A stretch of DNA of 64,000 nt from Gammaproteobacteria bacterium (GCA_965238175.1 CBDEGZ010000003.1:3200001-3264000), one strand, 5' to 3'. Counted from the stretch's first letter, positions 42,666 to 54,197 are shown. The notes: a model not told the origin generated them from the letters alone. Numbers and translations: made by a program.

Positions 42666-43900
42666 TTGTACGTCACCCTTTCTGGAACTGGCTTAGTCTT
42701 ATCCCATTTGGAATAAAACGGCATGAGAAGGAAAAATGCAAAGTAGATGCCTGTAAAAATCTGTGCCAGTAGTGTCAATAGTGGTGTTGGATTTTTTAAT
42801 CCTAACCAGCCTAATGCGATAAAGCTGAAAATGAATATCGCAAGGATCACCTTATATAAACCGCCGCGATAACGCAGCGATTTAACCGGATTACGATCCA
42901 ACCACGGTAACAAAAATAACACCATCACAGCCGCGCCCATCGCCAACACTCCTGGAAATGCTGAGCCCCCAACCGAGGGTATAGCACGCAAAATGGCATA
43001 AAACGGTGTGAAGTACCAAACCGGTGCAATATGCTCAGGAGTGACTGCTGGATTCGCTGGAACAAAATTATTATGCTCCAGGAAATAACCACCCATTTCT
43101 GGTGCAAAGAAAACAATCAGTGCGAAGAAGATCAAAAAGACCACCACGCCGACAATATCTTTGACTGAGTAATAAGGGTGGAATGGAATTCCATCAAGCG
43201 GGATCCCATTTTTATCTTTATTTTTCTTGATATCGACACCGTCAGGGTTGTTTGATCCTACCTCATGCAAGGCAAGAACATGAACCATCACCAGCCCCAG
43301 TAATGCGATTGGAACGGCAATGACGTGGAAAGAGAAAAAACGGTTCAGTGTGACATCGGAAACAAAAAAATCTCCACGAATCCATAAAGCTAAGGTCTCC
43401 CCTATGAAAGGTACCGCCCCAAATAAAGAGATAATCACCTTTGCCCCCCAGTAAGACATTTGTCCCCAAGGTAACAAATAGCCAAGAAAGGCTTCCGCCA
43501 TTAGGCACAGGTAGAGAAACATCCCCGTTATCCATAATAATTCACGTGGATGCTTATAGGATCCGTACATCAAACCACGAAACATATGTAAATAAATCAC
43601 CACAAAGAACGCTGAGGCACCGGTGGAATGCATATAGCGAATGAGCCAACCCCATTCAACGTCTCGCATAATATATTCAACGGAAGCAAATGCTAGCTCA
43701 GCATCTGGCTTATAACTCATCGTCAACCAGATACCAGTAACGATCTGGTTAATCAGAACAACCAGGGCTAGAGAACCGAAAAAATACCAGAAATTAAAAT
43801 TCTTTGGTGCGTAGTATTTAGCCAGATGATCATTCCACAGTTTTGTTAATGGAAAACGTGCATCGATCCAAGCTAGAAGGTTTGTTAATAATTTGATCAT
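42662..43900 (-). CDS. petB: Cytochrome b of bc1 complex
   Basis: RYMHSTGAS, YLHMFRG, PWGQMSYWG, PVWY variant of PEWY. Confidence 0.98.
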   Translation of the reverse strand: MIKLLTNLLAWIDARFPLTKLWNDHLAKYYAPKNFNFWYFFGSLALVVLINQIVTGIWLTMSYKPDAELAFASVEYIMRDVEWGWLIRYMHSTGASAFFVVIYLHMFRGLMYGSYKHPRELLWITGMFLYLCLMAEAFLGYLLPWGQMSYWGAKVIISLFGAVPFIGETLALWIRGDFFVSDVTLNRFFSFHVIAVPIALLGLVMVHVLALHEVGSNNPDGVDIKKNKDKNGIPLDGIPFHPYYSVKDIVGVVVFLIFFALIVFFAPEMGGYFLEHNNFVPANPAVTPEHIAPVWYFTPFYAILRAIPSVGGSAFPGVLAMGAAVMVLFLLPWLDRNPVKSLRYRGGLYKVILAIFIFSFIALGWLGLKNPTPLLTLLAQIFTGIYFAFFLLMPFYSKWDKTKPVPERVTYK

Positions 43901-44517
43901 TATGAGGCCCCCTCATCTTCACCAATCAACAACAATGTTTCGCTTAAAAAATGGTATGGTGGAACTAATAGATTCTTCGGAGCAGGTACATTTTTGTATA
44001 CGCGACCGGCCAAATCAAATTTGGAACCATGACATGGGCAAAAGAACCCCCCCTGCCAGTCTGGCCCAAGATTATTTGGCGTCCCCAATGGAAGATATGT
44101 GGGTGAGCAACCAAGATGCGTACATCGCCCCATCACCACTAAATACTCAGGGTTAATAGCACGAGAGATATTCTGGGCGTATTCTGGTTGCTCGGGTTCT
44201 TTAGATTCTGGATCTGCTAATAAATTAGACATATTCTCTAGTGCTTTCAATGTCTCTGCAGTTCGCCGTAATACCCAAACATATTGACCTCGCCATTTTT
44301 GTACAATGCGCTGTCCAGGCTCAAGCTTACTTATATCAATCTCAATTGGTCCACCAACAGCCTTAGCTCTTTCACTTGGCTGAAGTGATGATACAAACGG
44401 TACAGCAGCTGCAATTGCACCAACAGTACCAACCCCTGCAGTGGTTGTGATCAAAAATCGTCGTCGCTCAACATCGACTTCATCTTCACTAACCAAACTG
44501 TCTCCCCTATCTGACAT
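43900..44517 (-). CDS. petA: Rieske iron-sulfur subunit
   Basis: Tat motif RRRFL, CTHLGC, CPCHGS. Confidence 0.98.
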   Translation of the reverse strand: MSDRGDSLVSEDEVDVERRRFLITTTAGVGTVGAIAAAVPFVSSLQPSERAKAVGGPIEIDISKLEPGQRIVQKWRGQYVWVLRRTAETLKALENMSNLLADPESKEPEQPEYAQNISRAINPEYLVVMGRCTHLGCSPTYLPLGTPNNLGPDWQGGFFCPCHGSKFDLAGRVYKNVPAPKNLLVPPYHFLSETLLLIGEDEGAS

Positions 44518-44574
44518 AAGATTATTCCGAATTGTGTTCGTTAAAAAAACTCATCCCTGAAGTGAAGCCTACGG

Positions 44575-44583
44575 ATTCTACCA
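44575..44583 (-). promoter_or_regulatory. Putative extended -10 promoter for petABC
   Basis: Minus strand TGGTAGAAT just after the hisC stop. Confidence 0.35.
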
Positions 44584-44586
44584 GCA

Positions 44587-45660
44587 TTAATTCTGTAGTT
44601 CGATAATTTTTAAGAGAGAGTTGTTCTCTTCCGCAGTTCCGATCGTGACACGCAAACATTGCGCCAACTTCTCATGTGTACCATCTAAATTCTTAATCAA
44701 GATATTATTTTGTTTTAAAAAATCAAAGATTTCTTGTGCTTTTGCGCTACGCAATAATAGAAAATTTGCATAGCTGGGCCAAACTTCTATCTGAAAATGT
44801 TGACTAAGTGAGTCATACATAAATTGTCGATCTGCTCTTATCTGCGCTGCCTGTTGATCAAAAACATCAACATGTTCTAGCATAAATGTTGCACTGACTT
44901 GTGATAAAGCATTGATATTATAGGGCAACCTTATTTTATTAAGCTCATCTAACCAGAGCTTTGAACCAACTAACATCCCGATCCTTAATCCGGCCAACCC
45001 AATTTTAGATAAGGTTCGCATAACCAGCAAGTTTTCATAACGTGGCAAATCATCGATCCAACTGACCTGTGCAAAACTATGATACGCCTCATCGATAATC
45101 ACTAAACCTTCGCTAGCTTGGAGAATAGCTTCTATGTCTTTTTGATCAAATAGATTGCCTGTCGGGTTATTTGGATAGGCCAGAAAAATGACCGCCGGCT
45201 GATGCTTTTCTACCGCTGCCAACATTTCCGGCATATTAAGACTGAAATCTTCATCCTTCAGCGGAACACCAATATACTGCATGCCTAGAGACTGCGCGAT
45301 GATGCGATACATTACAAAACCTGGCTCAGGAGCGAGTAAGGTTCGGTTTTCTCCTGCAACAGCCATCGCCACAATTTGGATTAATTCATCCGAACCATTA
45401 CCCAACAAAATTTCTTGATCAGATCCCAAGCCAAGATATTGTTGTAACCTTTCTTTTAATAGCCCAGCACTTGCATCCGGATATCGATTCAACTCAAGTT
45501 GACGTAAAGTATCCAACCAATTTTCGATGAGTGCCTCAGGTAAGGAATAAGGATTTTCCATAGCATCCAGTTTAATAAAACCGTGGGAGTCGGGTACATG
45601 ATAAGCCGCCAGCGCACGTATTTCTGGACGGATCCAACGACTGATCAAATCACTTGTCAT
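44587..45660 (-). CDS. hisC: Histidinol-phosphate aminotransferase
   Basis: LDAMENP, GNGSDE, PNNPTG, DEAY, RTLSKIGLAGLRIG; ATG 45660. Confidence 0.96.
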   Translation of the reverse strand: MTSDLISRWIRPEIRALAAYHVPDSHGFIKLDAMENPYSLPEALIENWLDTLRQLELNRYPDASAGLLKERLQQYLGLGSDQEILLGNGSDELIQIVAMAVAGENRTLLAPEPGFVMYRIIAQSLGMQYIGVPLKDEDFSLNMPEMLAAVEKHQPAVIFLAYPNNPTGNLFDQKDIEAILQASEGLVIIDEAYHSFAQVSWIDDLPRYENLLVMRTLSKIGLAGLRIGMLVGSKLWLDELNKIRLPYNINALSQVSATFMLEHVDVFDQQAAQIRADRQFMYDSLSQHFQIEVWPSYANFLLLRSAKAQEIFDFLKQNNILIKNLDGTHEKLAQCLRVTIGTAEENNSLLKIIELQN

Positions 45661-45670
45661 TTTATGTATA

Positions 45671-46993
45671 TTACTGTTCTGTCGGATTTTTGCGAAATTC
45701 TGCCGAACGAGCATGCGCTGTTAATCCTTCTGCACGTGCAAGTGTAGAAGCAATATTGCCTAAATATCCTCCCGCAGCTTCTGGCGAACATTGGATAATC
45801 GATGAACGTTTTTGAAAATCATAGACACCTAAGGGTGATGAAAAACGTGCTGTTCGAGATGTTGGTAAAACGTGATTTGGTCCAGCGCAGTAATCACCAA
45901 GCGCTTCAGCAGTATGCCGGCCCATAAAAATCGCACCCGCATGATTGATCTTTTCTGCTAATGACTCAGGATCTTCTACGGACAACTCCAAATGCTCAGG
46001 AGCAATCATATTTGAAACAGAAGCCGCTTCATCAAGATCTTTTACCTTGATCAAGGCACCACGACTTTCTAGCGATTCTCGAATTATTTCTGCACGTTCC
46101 ATCGTCGGTAACAGTTTCTCAATACTCGCTTGCACTTGATCAATATATCCCTGATCAGGACATAACAAAATTGATTGTGCTTGTTCATCGTGCTCTGCTT
46201 GAGAAAACAGATCCATCGCGATCCAATCTGGATTAGTTTTACCGTCACAAATGATCAAAATTTCCGAAGGACCAGCGATCATATCAATTCCGACCTTACC
46301 GAAAACCATCGCTTTTGCGGTCGCGACGTAAATATTCCCCGGCCCAACTATTTTATCCACTTGCGGAACCGTTTCTGTTCCATAAGCCAAAGCCGCAACT
46401 GCTTGCGCACCACCAATTGTAAAAACACGATCAACACCCGCAATACTGGCTGCCGCAAGAACGGTTTGATCAAGCACCCCATCAGGGGCAGGAACAACCA
46501 TTATAATTTCTTCAACACCCGCTACTTTAGCGGGTATCACGTTCATTAAAACTGAAGATGGATACGCCGCTTTGCCACCAGGAACATAAACGCCAACACG
46601 TTCCATAGGTGTCACTTTTTGACCAAGCACGGTTCCATCTTCTTCGGCATAGCTCCAAGAGGTTTGAAGTTGATGCAAGTGGTATTCGCGGATCCGTTCC
46701 GCTGCCGCATCCAGTGCTTCTCGAACGTCTGAATCTAATTCTAGCTTCGCTTGATCAAGTTCAGCTCGTTGTAACGCTAGTTCAGAGATCTCTGATACTG
46801 TTCGTCGATCAAATTGATTAGTGGTTTCGATTAAGATCTGATCGCCTTTTTTACGAACATCATCAAGAATACCACGAACCGTTTCCGTGACCTTTTGATC
46901 CGTTTCGTCATTCCATGCTAACAAACGCGTCAGATCTTGTTCAAAACCCAACTGATCAATACTTAGACAAGAAATATTTATTGCGCCACTCAT
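45671..46993 (-). CDS. hisD: Histidinol dehydrogenase
   Basis: [37 protein letters not shown]. Confidence 0.98.
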   Translation of the reverse strand: MSGAINISCLSIDQLGFEQDLTRLLAWNDETDQKVTETVRGILDDVRKKGDQILIETTNQFDRRTVSEISELALQRAELDQAKLELDSDVREALDAAAERIREYHLHQLQTSWSYAEEDGTVLGQKVTPMERVGVYVPGGKAAYPSSVLMNVIPAKVAGVEEIIMVVPAPDGVLDQTVLAAASIAGVDRVFTIGGAQAVAALAYGTETVPQVDKIVGPGNIYVATAKAMVFGKVGIDMIAGPSEILIICDGKTNPDWIAMDLFSQAEHDEQAQSILLCPDQGYIDQVQASIEKLLPTMERAEIIRESLESRGALIKVKDLDEAASVSNMIAPEHLELSVEDPESLAEKINHAGAIFMGRHTAEALGDYCAGPNHVLPTSRTARFSSPLGVYDFQKRSSIIQCSPEAAGGYLGNIASTLARAEGLTAHARSAEFRKNPTEQ

Positions 46994-47014
46994 CTTTTCT
47001 TCAACTCGCTATAT

Positions 47015-47643
47015 TTAATCAATCACTTGGGCCAATTCATTAACTAATGTTTTTATCGCTGTCGATTTCATTTTCATAGAAGCCTTGTTCACAACTAACC
47101 TGGAACTGATATCGATGATTTGTTCGGTTGGAACCAAACCATTCGCTTTTAATGTGTTACCCGTATCAACCAGATCAACTATTCCGTCGGCAAGTCCCGC
47201 AAGCGGCGCAAGCTCCATAGAACCGTAAAGCTTGATCACTTCAACCTGCTGTCCTTTTTGGGCAAAATACTGGCGCGTAAGATTAATATATTTGGTTGCT
47301 ATCCGCGCACCACTTTCCGGCAAAGGATTGTCATTCGGAATCGCGACCATTAAACGACAACGCGCGATTTTTAAATCTAAGGGTTCATAGAGATTATCGC
47401 TACCAGCTTCGAGCAAAACGTCTTTACCGGCAACACCTAAATCAGCGGCACCATGTTCCACAAACGTCGGTACATCAGTCGCCCTAATTACCATTAGATT
47501 CAAATCTTCTCGGTTGGTAGGAATGATCAATTTACGCGATGTTTCTGGATCTTCAATCGGTTTTATGCCGATTTTATCCAATAATGGCAGGGTATCTTTA
47601 TAAATACGCCCTTTTGAAAGTGCGAGGGTTAATCCTGAATTCA

Positions 47644-47644
<1 letters not shown>
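47015..47644 (-). CDS. hisG: ATP phosphoribosyltransferase, short form
   Basis: [28 protein letters not shown]; 209 aa, lacking the regulatory domain. Confidence 0.97.
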
Positions 47645-48912
<1,268 letters not shown>

Positions 48913-48915
48913 TTA

Positions 48916-49173
48916 TTATTTAAGAACTTTCAGGCAACTATTTTTATCCCACTCAGCACGCGTCATCGGTCGAATTGAGAGCGCATGTATTTCCGCCTTC
49001 ATTTTATCGCCTAGCGTTTTATAAACCAATTGATGTTTTTTAACTAAAGATAAATTTTCAAAAGCATCACTGATCACAATAGTTTCAAAATGAACTCCAT
49101 CGTCACCTTCAACAAGCGCTTCCGAGCCTTCAATGCCCGCTTCGATTAAAGATTTTATTTCCTGTGGCGTCAT
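48916..49173 (-). CDS. ibaG: BolA/IbaG family protein
   Basis: GDDGVHF, KKHQLVY, IHALS; directly upstream of murA. Confidence 0.9.
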   Translation of the reverse strand: MTPQEIKSLIEAGIEGSEALVEGDDGVHFETIVISDAFENLSLVKKHQLVYKTLGDKMKAEIHALSIRPMTRAEWDKNSCLKVLK

Positions 49174-49205
49174 GAAAATGATCCCCGCTCCCTAAAAAGG
49201 AGTGA

Positions 49206-49234
49206 AGGATAGCGTCAAGATCAAAAACCAGCAA
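49206..49234 (-). promoter_or_regulatory. Putative promoter for ibaG-murA-hisGDC
   Basis: Minus strand TTGCTG-N17-TATCCT. Confidence 0.3.
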
Positions 49235-49324
49235 GTAATGAAAAGGGTTTTAACAGAACAGATATGATTTAGGCCCCTTAAGCAGGAGCCTTTATTTAAA
49301 ACTATCGACTTAAATATCGAATTC

Positions 49325-49954
49325 TTATAAATCAATCCCTTGATTCTTATCTACAAGGTTACTTAACAAACCATCAATCCCAACTTTGCTAATCTCAGAT
49401 GAAAATGAGGAGCGGTAGGTAGAAACTAAACTAACCCCGCCAACGGTAATATCAAAAATCTTCCAGTTTCCATCTTTATTGTGCATACGATATTGAACGG
49501 TAAAATGTTTACCATCCGGCAAAATAATCTCTGACTTTACTTTAACCTTTCCATCCTTAACACCACCTTCAACTTCAGGATACACAATTTCTTCATCAGA
49601 AAGTTTTAGCAGTGCCGTCGAATAGGTTTTTATAAGCAATTTCTTAAATTCACCCGTGAATTGTACCTTTTGATCTTTCGATGCCTTCTTCCAATACTTG
49701 CCAAGCACCCAACGAGACATTCTCGAAAAATCTACATTTGGCGCAACCTTATTATTTACTAAGTAATAAAGTCGTTTTGGATCGGCTTCGTAATCCAAAC
49801 GGTGTGTTTTAACATTAGAGATTACATCTTCCGCTGTCGACTGAATTAATTCTCTGGCCTGTTCAGCACTAATTTCTGAGGTAGCCAGAACTGTCACGGT
49901 ACAAAAAAATACAATCAAGGCTAGAATTGATCGTACTTTAATAAGGCTTCTCAT
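49325..49954 (-). CDS. mlaC: Periplasmic phospholipid shuttle MlaC/Ttg2D
   Basis: Signal peptide, VDFSRMSRWVLGKYW, WKIFDITVGGVSLVSTYRSSF. Confidence 0.92.
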   Translation of the reverse strand: MRSLIKVRSILALIVFFCTVTVLATSEISAEQARELIQSTAEDVISNVKTHRLDYEADPKRLYYLVNNKVAPNVDFSRMSRWVLGKYWKKASKDQKVQFTGEFKKLLIKTYSTALLKLSDEEIVYPEVEGGVKDGKVKVKSEIILPDGKHFTVQYRMHNKDGNWKIFDITVGGVSLVSTYRSSFSSEISKVGIDGLLSNLVDKNQGIDL

Positions 49955-50124
49955 ATTTTTTCCTTCATGTATATATTTTGGCTCAGCTTAGATCAATTAA
50001 GTATCTTGATAATATATCGTTTAGATCTGCGTAAAACTTAACCGAAACATGAAAAAAATAAATTTCACAAAAAACGTTCCTAATAACTCGCTAAGCAAAT
50101 GTAGTGATAGGAGAAACGGAAGGA

Positions 50125-51258
50125 TTAGTATCTAAACTCTCGTCTTATAGGGTAATTTTTGCGTAAATGATCAAATACTTGGCTAACTGGAACACTATCC
50201 AAGCTAAGTGTTTTCTTTAATGCAGCACTATCTTCTCGAATATCATAATAAAATAACACCTGTTCCCGTAGTTTCTCTTGAATACCTAAGCTATCTCTAA
50301 AATCCAAGCTACCCGGAATGTCGATGTTTAGTTGATCTTCCGTAAAATTAGAATTTTGCTCGTCTGAACGTTCGGGTCCATCTGACCACTTCATTTCCAA
50401 GTTATAAAACGCGGTAACAGCATCAAACAACATTCTTGTCGCCTTTACTTTTCCATCATAACTATAACCAGCGATATGTGGTGTTCCCAACGAAACCTTC
50501 TCCAACAAAACAGGGTCAATATTGGGTTCATTCTCCCAGCAATCAATCACCGTCTTCATTTCAGGAGTTTGTTCTATCCTTTTAACCAATGCGCTTTCAT
50601 CAACTACCCCCCCCCTAGCCGCATTTATAAAAATCGCATGCGGCTTTAACCTATCTAACTCCCTCGCAGAAATCAGCTTGTGAGTGGCATACTTTCCACC
50701 GAAAGTTAACGGTGTGTGTAATGTCACAATATCTGCCGACAATGCTTCATCTAATGATCGATATTTTCGCTGAGCAGTCTCATCATGAAATTGATTTTTA
50801 TTAATTTGGCTCACAAGCGGTGGATCATTCAAGATACATGTGATGCCAATCGCCCGGAGTGATTTTTCAACCTCTGAGCCAACATGACCACAACCAATAA
50901 TTCCCGCTGTCATTGTTTCAATTCTTTGATCAGAATTTGAACCTGCAAGCACAGCAGACAAAATATACTCCGCCACAGAAGCCGCATTACTCCCGGGACA
51001 ATAAGAAAAATGAATTCCGTTTTGTTGGAGGTATTCACAATCAATATGATCAAAACCACTTGTTGCAGTACCAACAAATGACACGCGACTATTGTTTAAT
51101 AATCTATCATCAACCTGAGTAACCGATCGGACTAACAGAATATCAACATCACGAACCAGATCATTTGTCCATTCACGACCTGGGACACAAACAACATTTC
51201 CGATTTGTTCAAATCGTTCAAGAAGTGGAATGTTCGGATCGGCTAAAATTTTCTTCAT
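50125..51258 (-). CDS. pdxB: Erythronate-4-phosphate dehydrogenase
   Basis: MKKILADPNIP, LLVRSVT, GTATSGFDHID, PGSNAASVAEY, TPHIAGYSYDGK, FDHLRKNYPIRREF. Confidence 0.95.
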   Translation of the reverse strand: MKKILADPNIPLLERFEQIGNVVCVPGREWTNDLVRDVDILLVRSVTQVDDRLLNNSRVSFVGTATSGFDHIDCEYLQQNGIHFSYCPGSNAASVAEYILSAVLAGSNSDQRIETMTAGIIGCGHVGSEVEKSLRAIGITCILNDPPLVSQINKNQFHDETAQRKYRSLDEALSADIVTLHTPLTFGGKYATHKLISARELDRLKPHAIFINAARGGVVDESALVKRIEQTPEMKTVIDCWENEPNIDPVLLEKVSLGTPHIAGYSYDGKVKATRMLFDAVTAFYNLEMKWSDGPERSDEQNSNFTEDQLNIDIPGSLDFRDSLGIQEKLREQVLFYYDIREDSAALKKTLSLDSVPVSQVFDHLRKNYPIRREFRY

Positions 51259-51330
51259 TCGATCATTTTACCGCGCTTACGTAACTTCAGCACGATGAAA
51301 TAGCCAGACAAAAAAATTGTAGTCCTTAAT

Positions 51331-51380
51331 TAAAAAAGGCCGACCTTTAGAATTCTATGGAGGGGGTCAAAGGGCCGGCC
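51331..51380 (-). terminator. Intrinsic terminator with 20-nt C-rich loop after the Spy-like gene
   Basis: Minus strand GGCCGGCCCTTT-loop-AAAGGTCGGCC followed by TTTTTT. Confidence 0.7.
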
Positions 51381-51429
51381 AAAAGGGAGTTGTTTAAAAA
51401 AAGAATATCAAAAAATAATTACATTATGA

Positions 51430-51759
51430 TTAAATGTGAGTAAGGTGCTTACCACCCTTACAGTCCTTACCTTTACCAGGCCGCCAATTTTCATGTCGAC
51501 GACGCATTTCTTCCATTTTTGTGATTTGGTCATCACTTAAAACAGCACCTAACTTTGTTTTTGTTTCTTCACGCAGTGCCTTTTTCTTTGCGTGCTGTTC
51601 TTTCATGATTGATTTAACCTGTTCAGCTTGAGCCGTGTTCAACTGTAACTTTTCTGTCATTCGTTCGACAAAATGATTCACATGGTCACGTTGAGCAAAA
51701 GAAACGACTGAAGCTGTAAGCAATGTAACACCACCTAGTACGACAAATAATTTACGCAT
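51430..51759 (-). CDS. Periplasmic Spy/CpxP-like (LTxxQ) protein
   Basis: Signal peptide ending SFA, LNTAQ and LSDDQ motifs, helical and charged; ATG 51759 with GGAG; divergent from a BaeSR-like pair. Confidence 0.75.
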   Translation of the reverse strand: MRKLFVVLGGVTLLTASVVSFAQRDHVNHFVERMTEKLQLNTAQAEQVKSIMKEQHAKKKALREETKTKLGAVLSDDQITKMEEMRRRHENWRPGKGKDCKGGKHLTHI

Positions 51760-51829
51760 ATTTTTTCTCCATTGATTACACAATATTAATAATTTTTCTG
51801 TAAACTTTCACGATGGTTAGTTTGCAAGT

Positions 51830-51873
51830 GCAATGTAAAGAGAGTTTTAAGAAAATGTGAAGAAATTATGGAT
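51830..51873. promoter_or_regulatory. Four imperfect 11-bp direct repeats, putative response-regulator sites
   Basis: GCAATGTAAAG / AGAGTTTTAAG / AAAATGTGAAG / AAATTATGGAT between the Spy-like gene and the kinase. Confidence 0.45.
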
Positions 51874-51922
51874 CCTTTGACCATTTCCTTCGATGCAATC
51901 CCTAACATGGTATAAAGCCATT

Positions 51923-53365
51923 ATGAAAATTCGGATATGGCATAAGCTCGCTTTAGTTTTGTTACTGACCACAACTCTTGTGATCGCCATCGCTTTTTTT
52001 CTCGCACAAATAAGCTTTCGTGAGGACTTCAGTGGCTATTTAAAAGAACAAGAGAAAAATCAAGTTGAGTTACTCAGTGAGCGACTTGCAGAAGGTTATC
52101 AAGAAGTAGGCAGCTGGAAGTTCCTGACAGAAAAACCGCGCCTACTCAGATTAATCATTCGTGAATCTTATAGAAATGAAACACAGCGCAACGAACCTCA
52201 ACAATTTACGCCATTACCTCCTCTTAAAAATGACTCGCGACCACCGTTCAAACCAGAACATGCCTTTAAAACCCATCCGATTTCTCGATACGCAATCCTT
52301 GATGAAGCAAAAAATAAAGTGCTCGGCTCGATCAAAAAAGGACTTTCAATTAAAGACCACCCGATTAAATTAGATGATAAAATAATAGGTTATCTGCGAA
52401 TTCGTTCAGTTTCTAATTTCACCAATAAACTTGATCGGCGTTTTATAAAAAGTCAATTACATTCCTTAATAGGGATTGCCATTCTAGGTTTTATCTTATC
52501 ATTGATCGCAGCTTGGTTATTATCCAATTATTTTCGCAAACGATTCATTCAACTTACAGATATAGCCAACGATCTAACAGCAGGAAAGTTTGATCAACGC
52601 ATAGAAATTACTCATGACGATGAGCTTTCTGATCTGGGTAGGAACTTCAATGTTCTGGCCGATACATTAGATAAAAATAGACAAGCACAAAAACGCTGGA
52701 TCGCAGATATTTCTCATGAACTTCGCACGCCTTTATCTATACTCAGTGGTGAGGTTGAAGCATTACAAGATGGAGTTCGCCCACTCGATCAAAAAGCAAT
52801 CAAATCTCTATCAAATGAAGCATCCCACTTAAATCGTCTAGTGAGCGATCTCTATCAGTTATCACTTTCAGATCTTGGTAAATTAGATTATCAAAAATCA
52901 CGAATTGATCTTACCGATATTCTTAATCGCGTCATCGCTCAATACCAACCTCGCCTTGAAACACAAAACCTGACCTTAGGAACTTTGATCAACTCAGAAG
53001 AACCCGTTTTTGTGAGCGGTGACGAACAACGACTCGTACAACTTTTTTCTAACCTGCTCGACAATACGATCAAATATACCGATCAAAATGGCCAAATAAT
53101 TATTGCTTGTGAACAAGTCCAAGGCCGTGCACTTTTACGTTTTGAGGATTCCAGCCCTGGGATCCCTGAACAGAATTTACCGCAAATATTTGATCGACTC
53201 TATCGTGTTGAGAATTCACGTAATCGTAAAACAGGAGGTGCCGGTCTTGGTTTAGCAATTGCAACATCGATTGTTGAAGCACATCAAGGGGAAATAACCG
53301 CAAGTAATTCTGATCTTGGTGGGCTTAAAATAATGATTACAATCCCTTTAGATAAAACGTCCTGA
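51923..53365 (+). CDS. baeS: Sensor histidine kinase, BaeS-like
   Basis: Two TMs, HAMP, ADISHELRTPL, NLLDN, FDRLYRVENSRNRKTGGAGLGL. Start 51923 (alternative 51893). Confidence 0.85.
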   Translation: MKIRIWHKLALVLLLTTTLVIAIAFFLAQISFREDFSGYLKEQEKNQVELLSERLAEGYQEVGSWKFLTEKPRLLRLIIRESYRNETQRNEPQQFTPLPPLKNDSRPPFKPEHAFKTHPISRYAILDEAKNKVLGSIKKGLSIKDHPIKLDDKIIGYLRIRSVSNFTNKLDRRFIKSQLHSLIGIAILGFILSLIAAWLLSNYFRKRFIQLTDIANDLTAGKFDQRIEITHDDELSDLGRNFNVLADTLDKNRQAQKRWIADISHELRTPLSILSGEVEALQDGVRPLDQKAIKSLSNEASHLNRLVSDLYQLSLSDLGKLDYQKSRIDLTDILNRVIAQYQPRLETQNLTLGTLINSEEPVFVSGDEQRLVQLFSNLLDNTIKYTDQNGQIIIACEQVQGRALLRFEDSSPGIPEQNLPQIFDRLYRVENSRNRKTGGAGLGLAIATSIVEAHQGEITASNSDLGGLKIMITIPLDKTS

Positions 53366-53382
53366 TTGAATAGCTATCTAAA

Positions 53383-54078
53383 ATGAAAAACGAACAGCAT
53401 GTTCTCATTGTTGAAGATGAACCTAAAATTGCACAATTGCTCATCGACTATTTAACCACCAGTCATTACAAAACTTCTTGGTTAGAAAATGGAAGTGAGG
53501 TCATTGCCTGGATGTCTGAAAACAAACCTGACTTAATCCTGCTCGATCTAATGTTGCCCGGCAAAGACGGTATTGAGATCTGCCAGCAAGTTCGCGACTT
53601 TTCTCAAGTACCCATCATGATGTTAACAGCAAGAGTCGAAGAAATTGATCGTATTCTAGGACTGGAGATAGGTGCAGACGATTATGTCTGCAAGCCGTTT
53701 AGTCCGAGAGAAGTAATGACACGAGTGAAAGCACTTTTGCGTCGAGCAAACTTCTCTGAACAAGCAAATAAAATCAGTCCGACGAGATTAAATCTAGACC
53801 TCGAAAAATTCGAAGCACGTTATTTAGATCAAATTCTAGATCTAACACGTGTAGAGTTTCGATTATTACATGCTCTTTCGGAAAGGCCCGGTTTTGTTTT
53901 TTCTCGCCAGAAATTAATCGATCAAGTCTATGATGATCATCGTGTTGTCAGTGATCGAACCATGGACACGCATATAAAAAATCTACGCAAAAAAATTCAA
54001 GAAGCTAATGGCGAACCAGAAATGATCAGATCAATCTATGGCATTGGCTATAAATTTGACGATTCAACACTCACCTAA
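53383..54078 (+). CDS. baeR: OmpR-family response regulator, BaeR-like
   Basis: EDEPKIAQLLIDYL, DLMLPG, ADDYVCKPFSPREV, DHRVVSDRTMDTHIKNLRKK. Confidence 0.88.
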   Translation: MKNEQHVLIVEDEPKIAQLLIDYLTTSHYKTSWLENGSEVIAWMSENKPDLILLDLMLPGKDGIEICQQVRDFSQVPIMMLTARVEEIDRILGLEIGADDYVCKPFSPREVMTRVKALLRRANFSEQANKISPTRLNLDLEKFEARYLDQILDLTRVEFRLLHALSERPGFVFSRQKLIDQVYDDHRVVSDRTMDTHIKNLRKKIQEANGEPEMIRSIYGIGYKFDDSTLT

Positions 54079-54197
54079 GTCACTGCATAGACACTATCAA
54101 ACATACAGCATATATTGACATTACAATGTAAAAGAAGGGGAGTTCTGAACCAATCTGTTTAAATGGCTCTCCAACCCAAAATAATAATTGATAAGAA

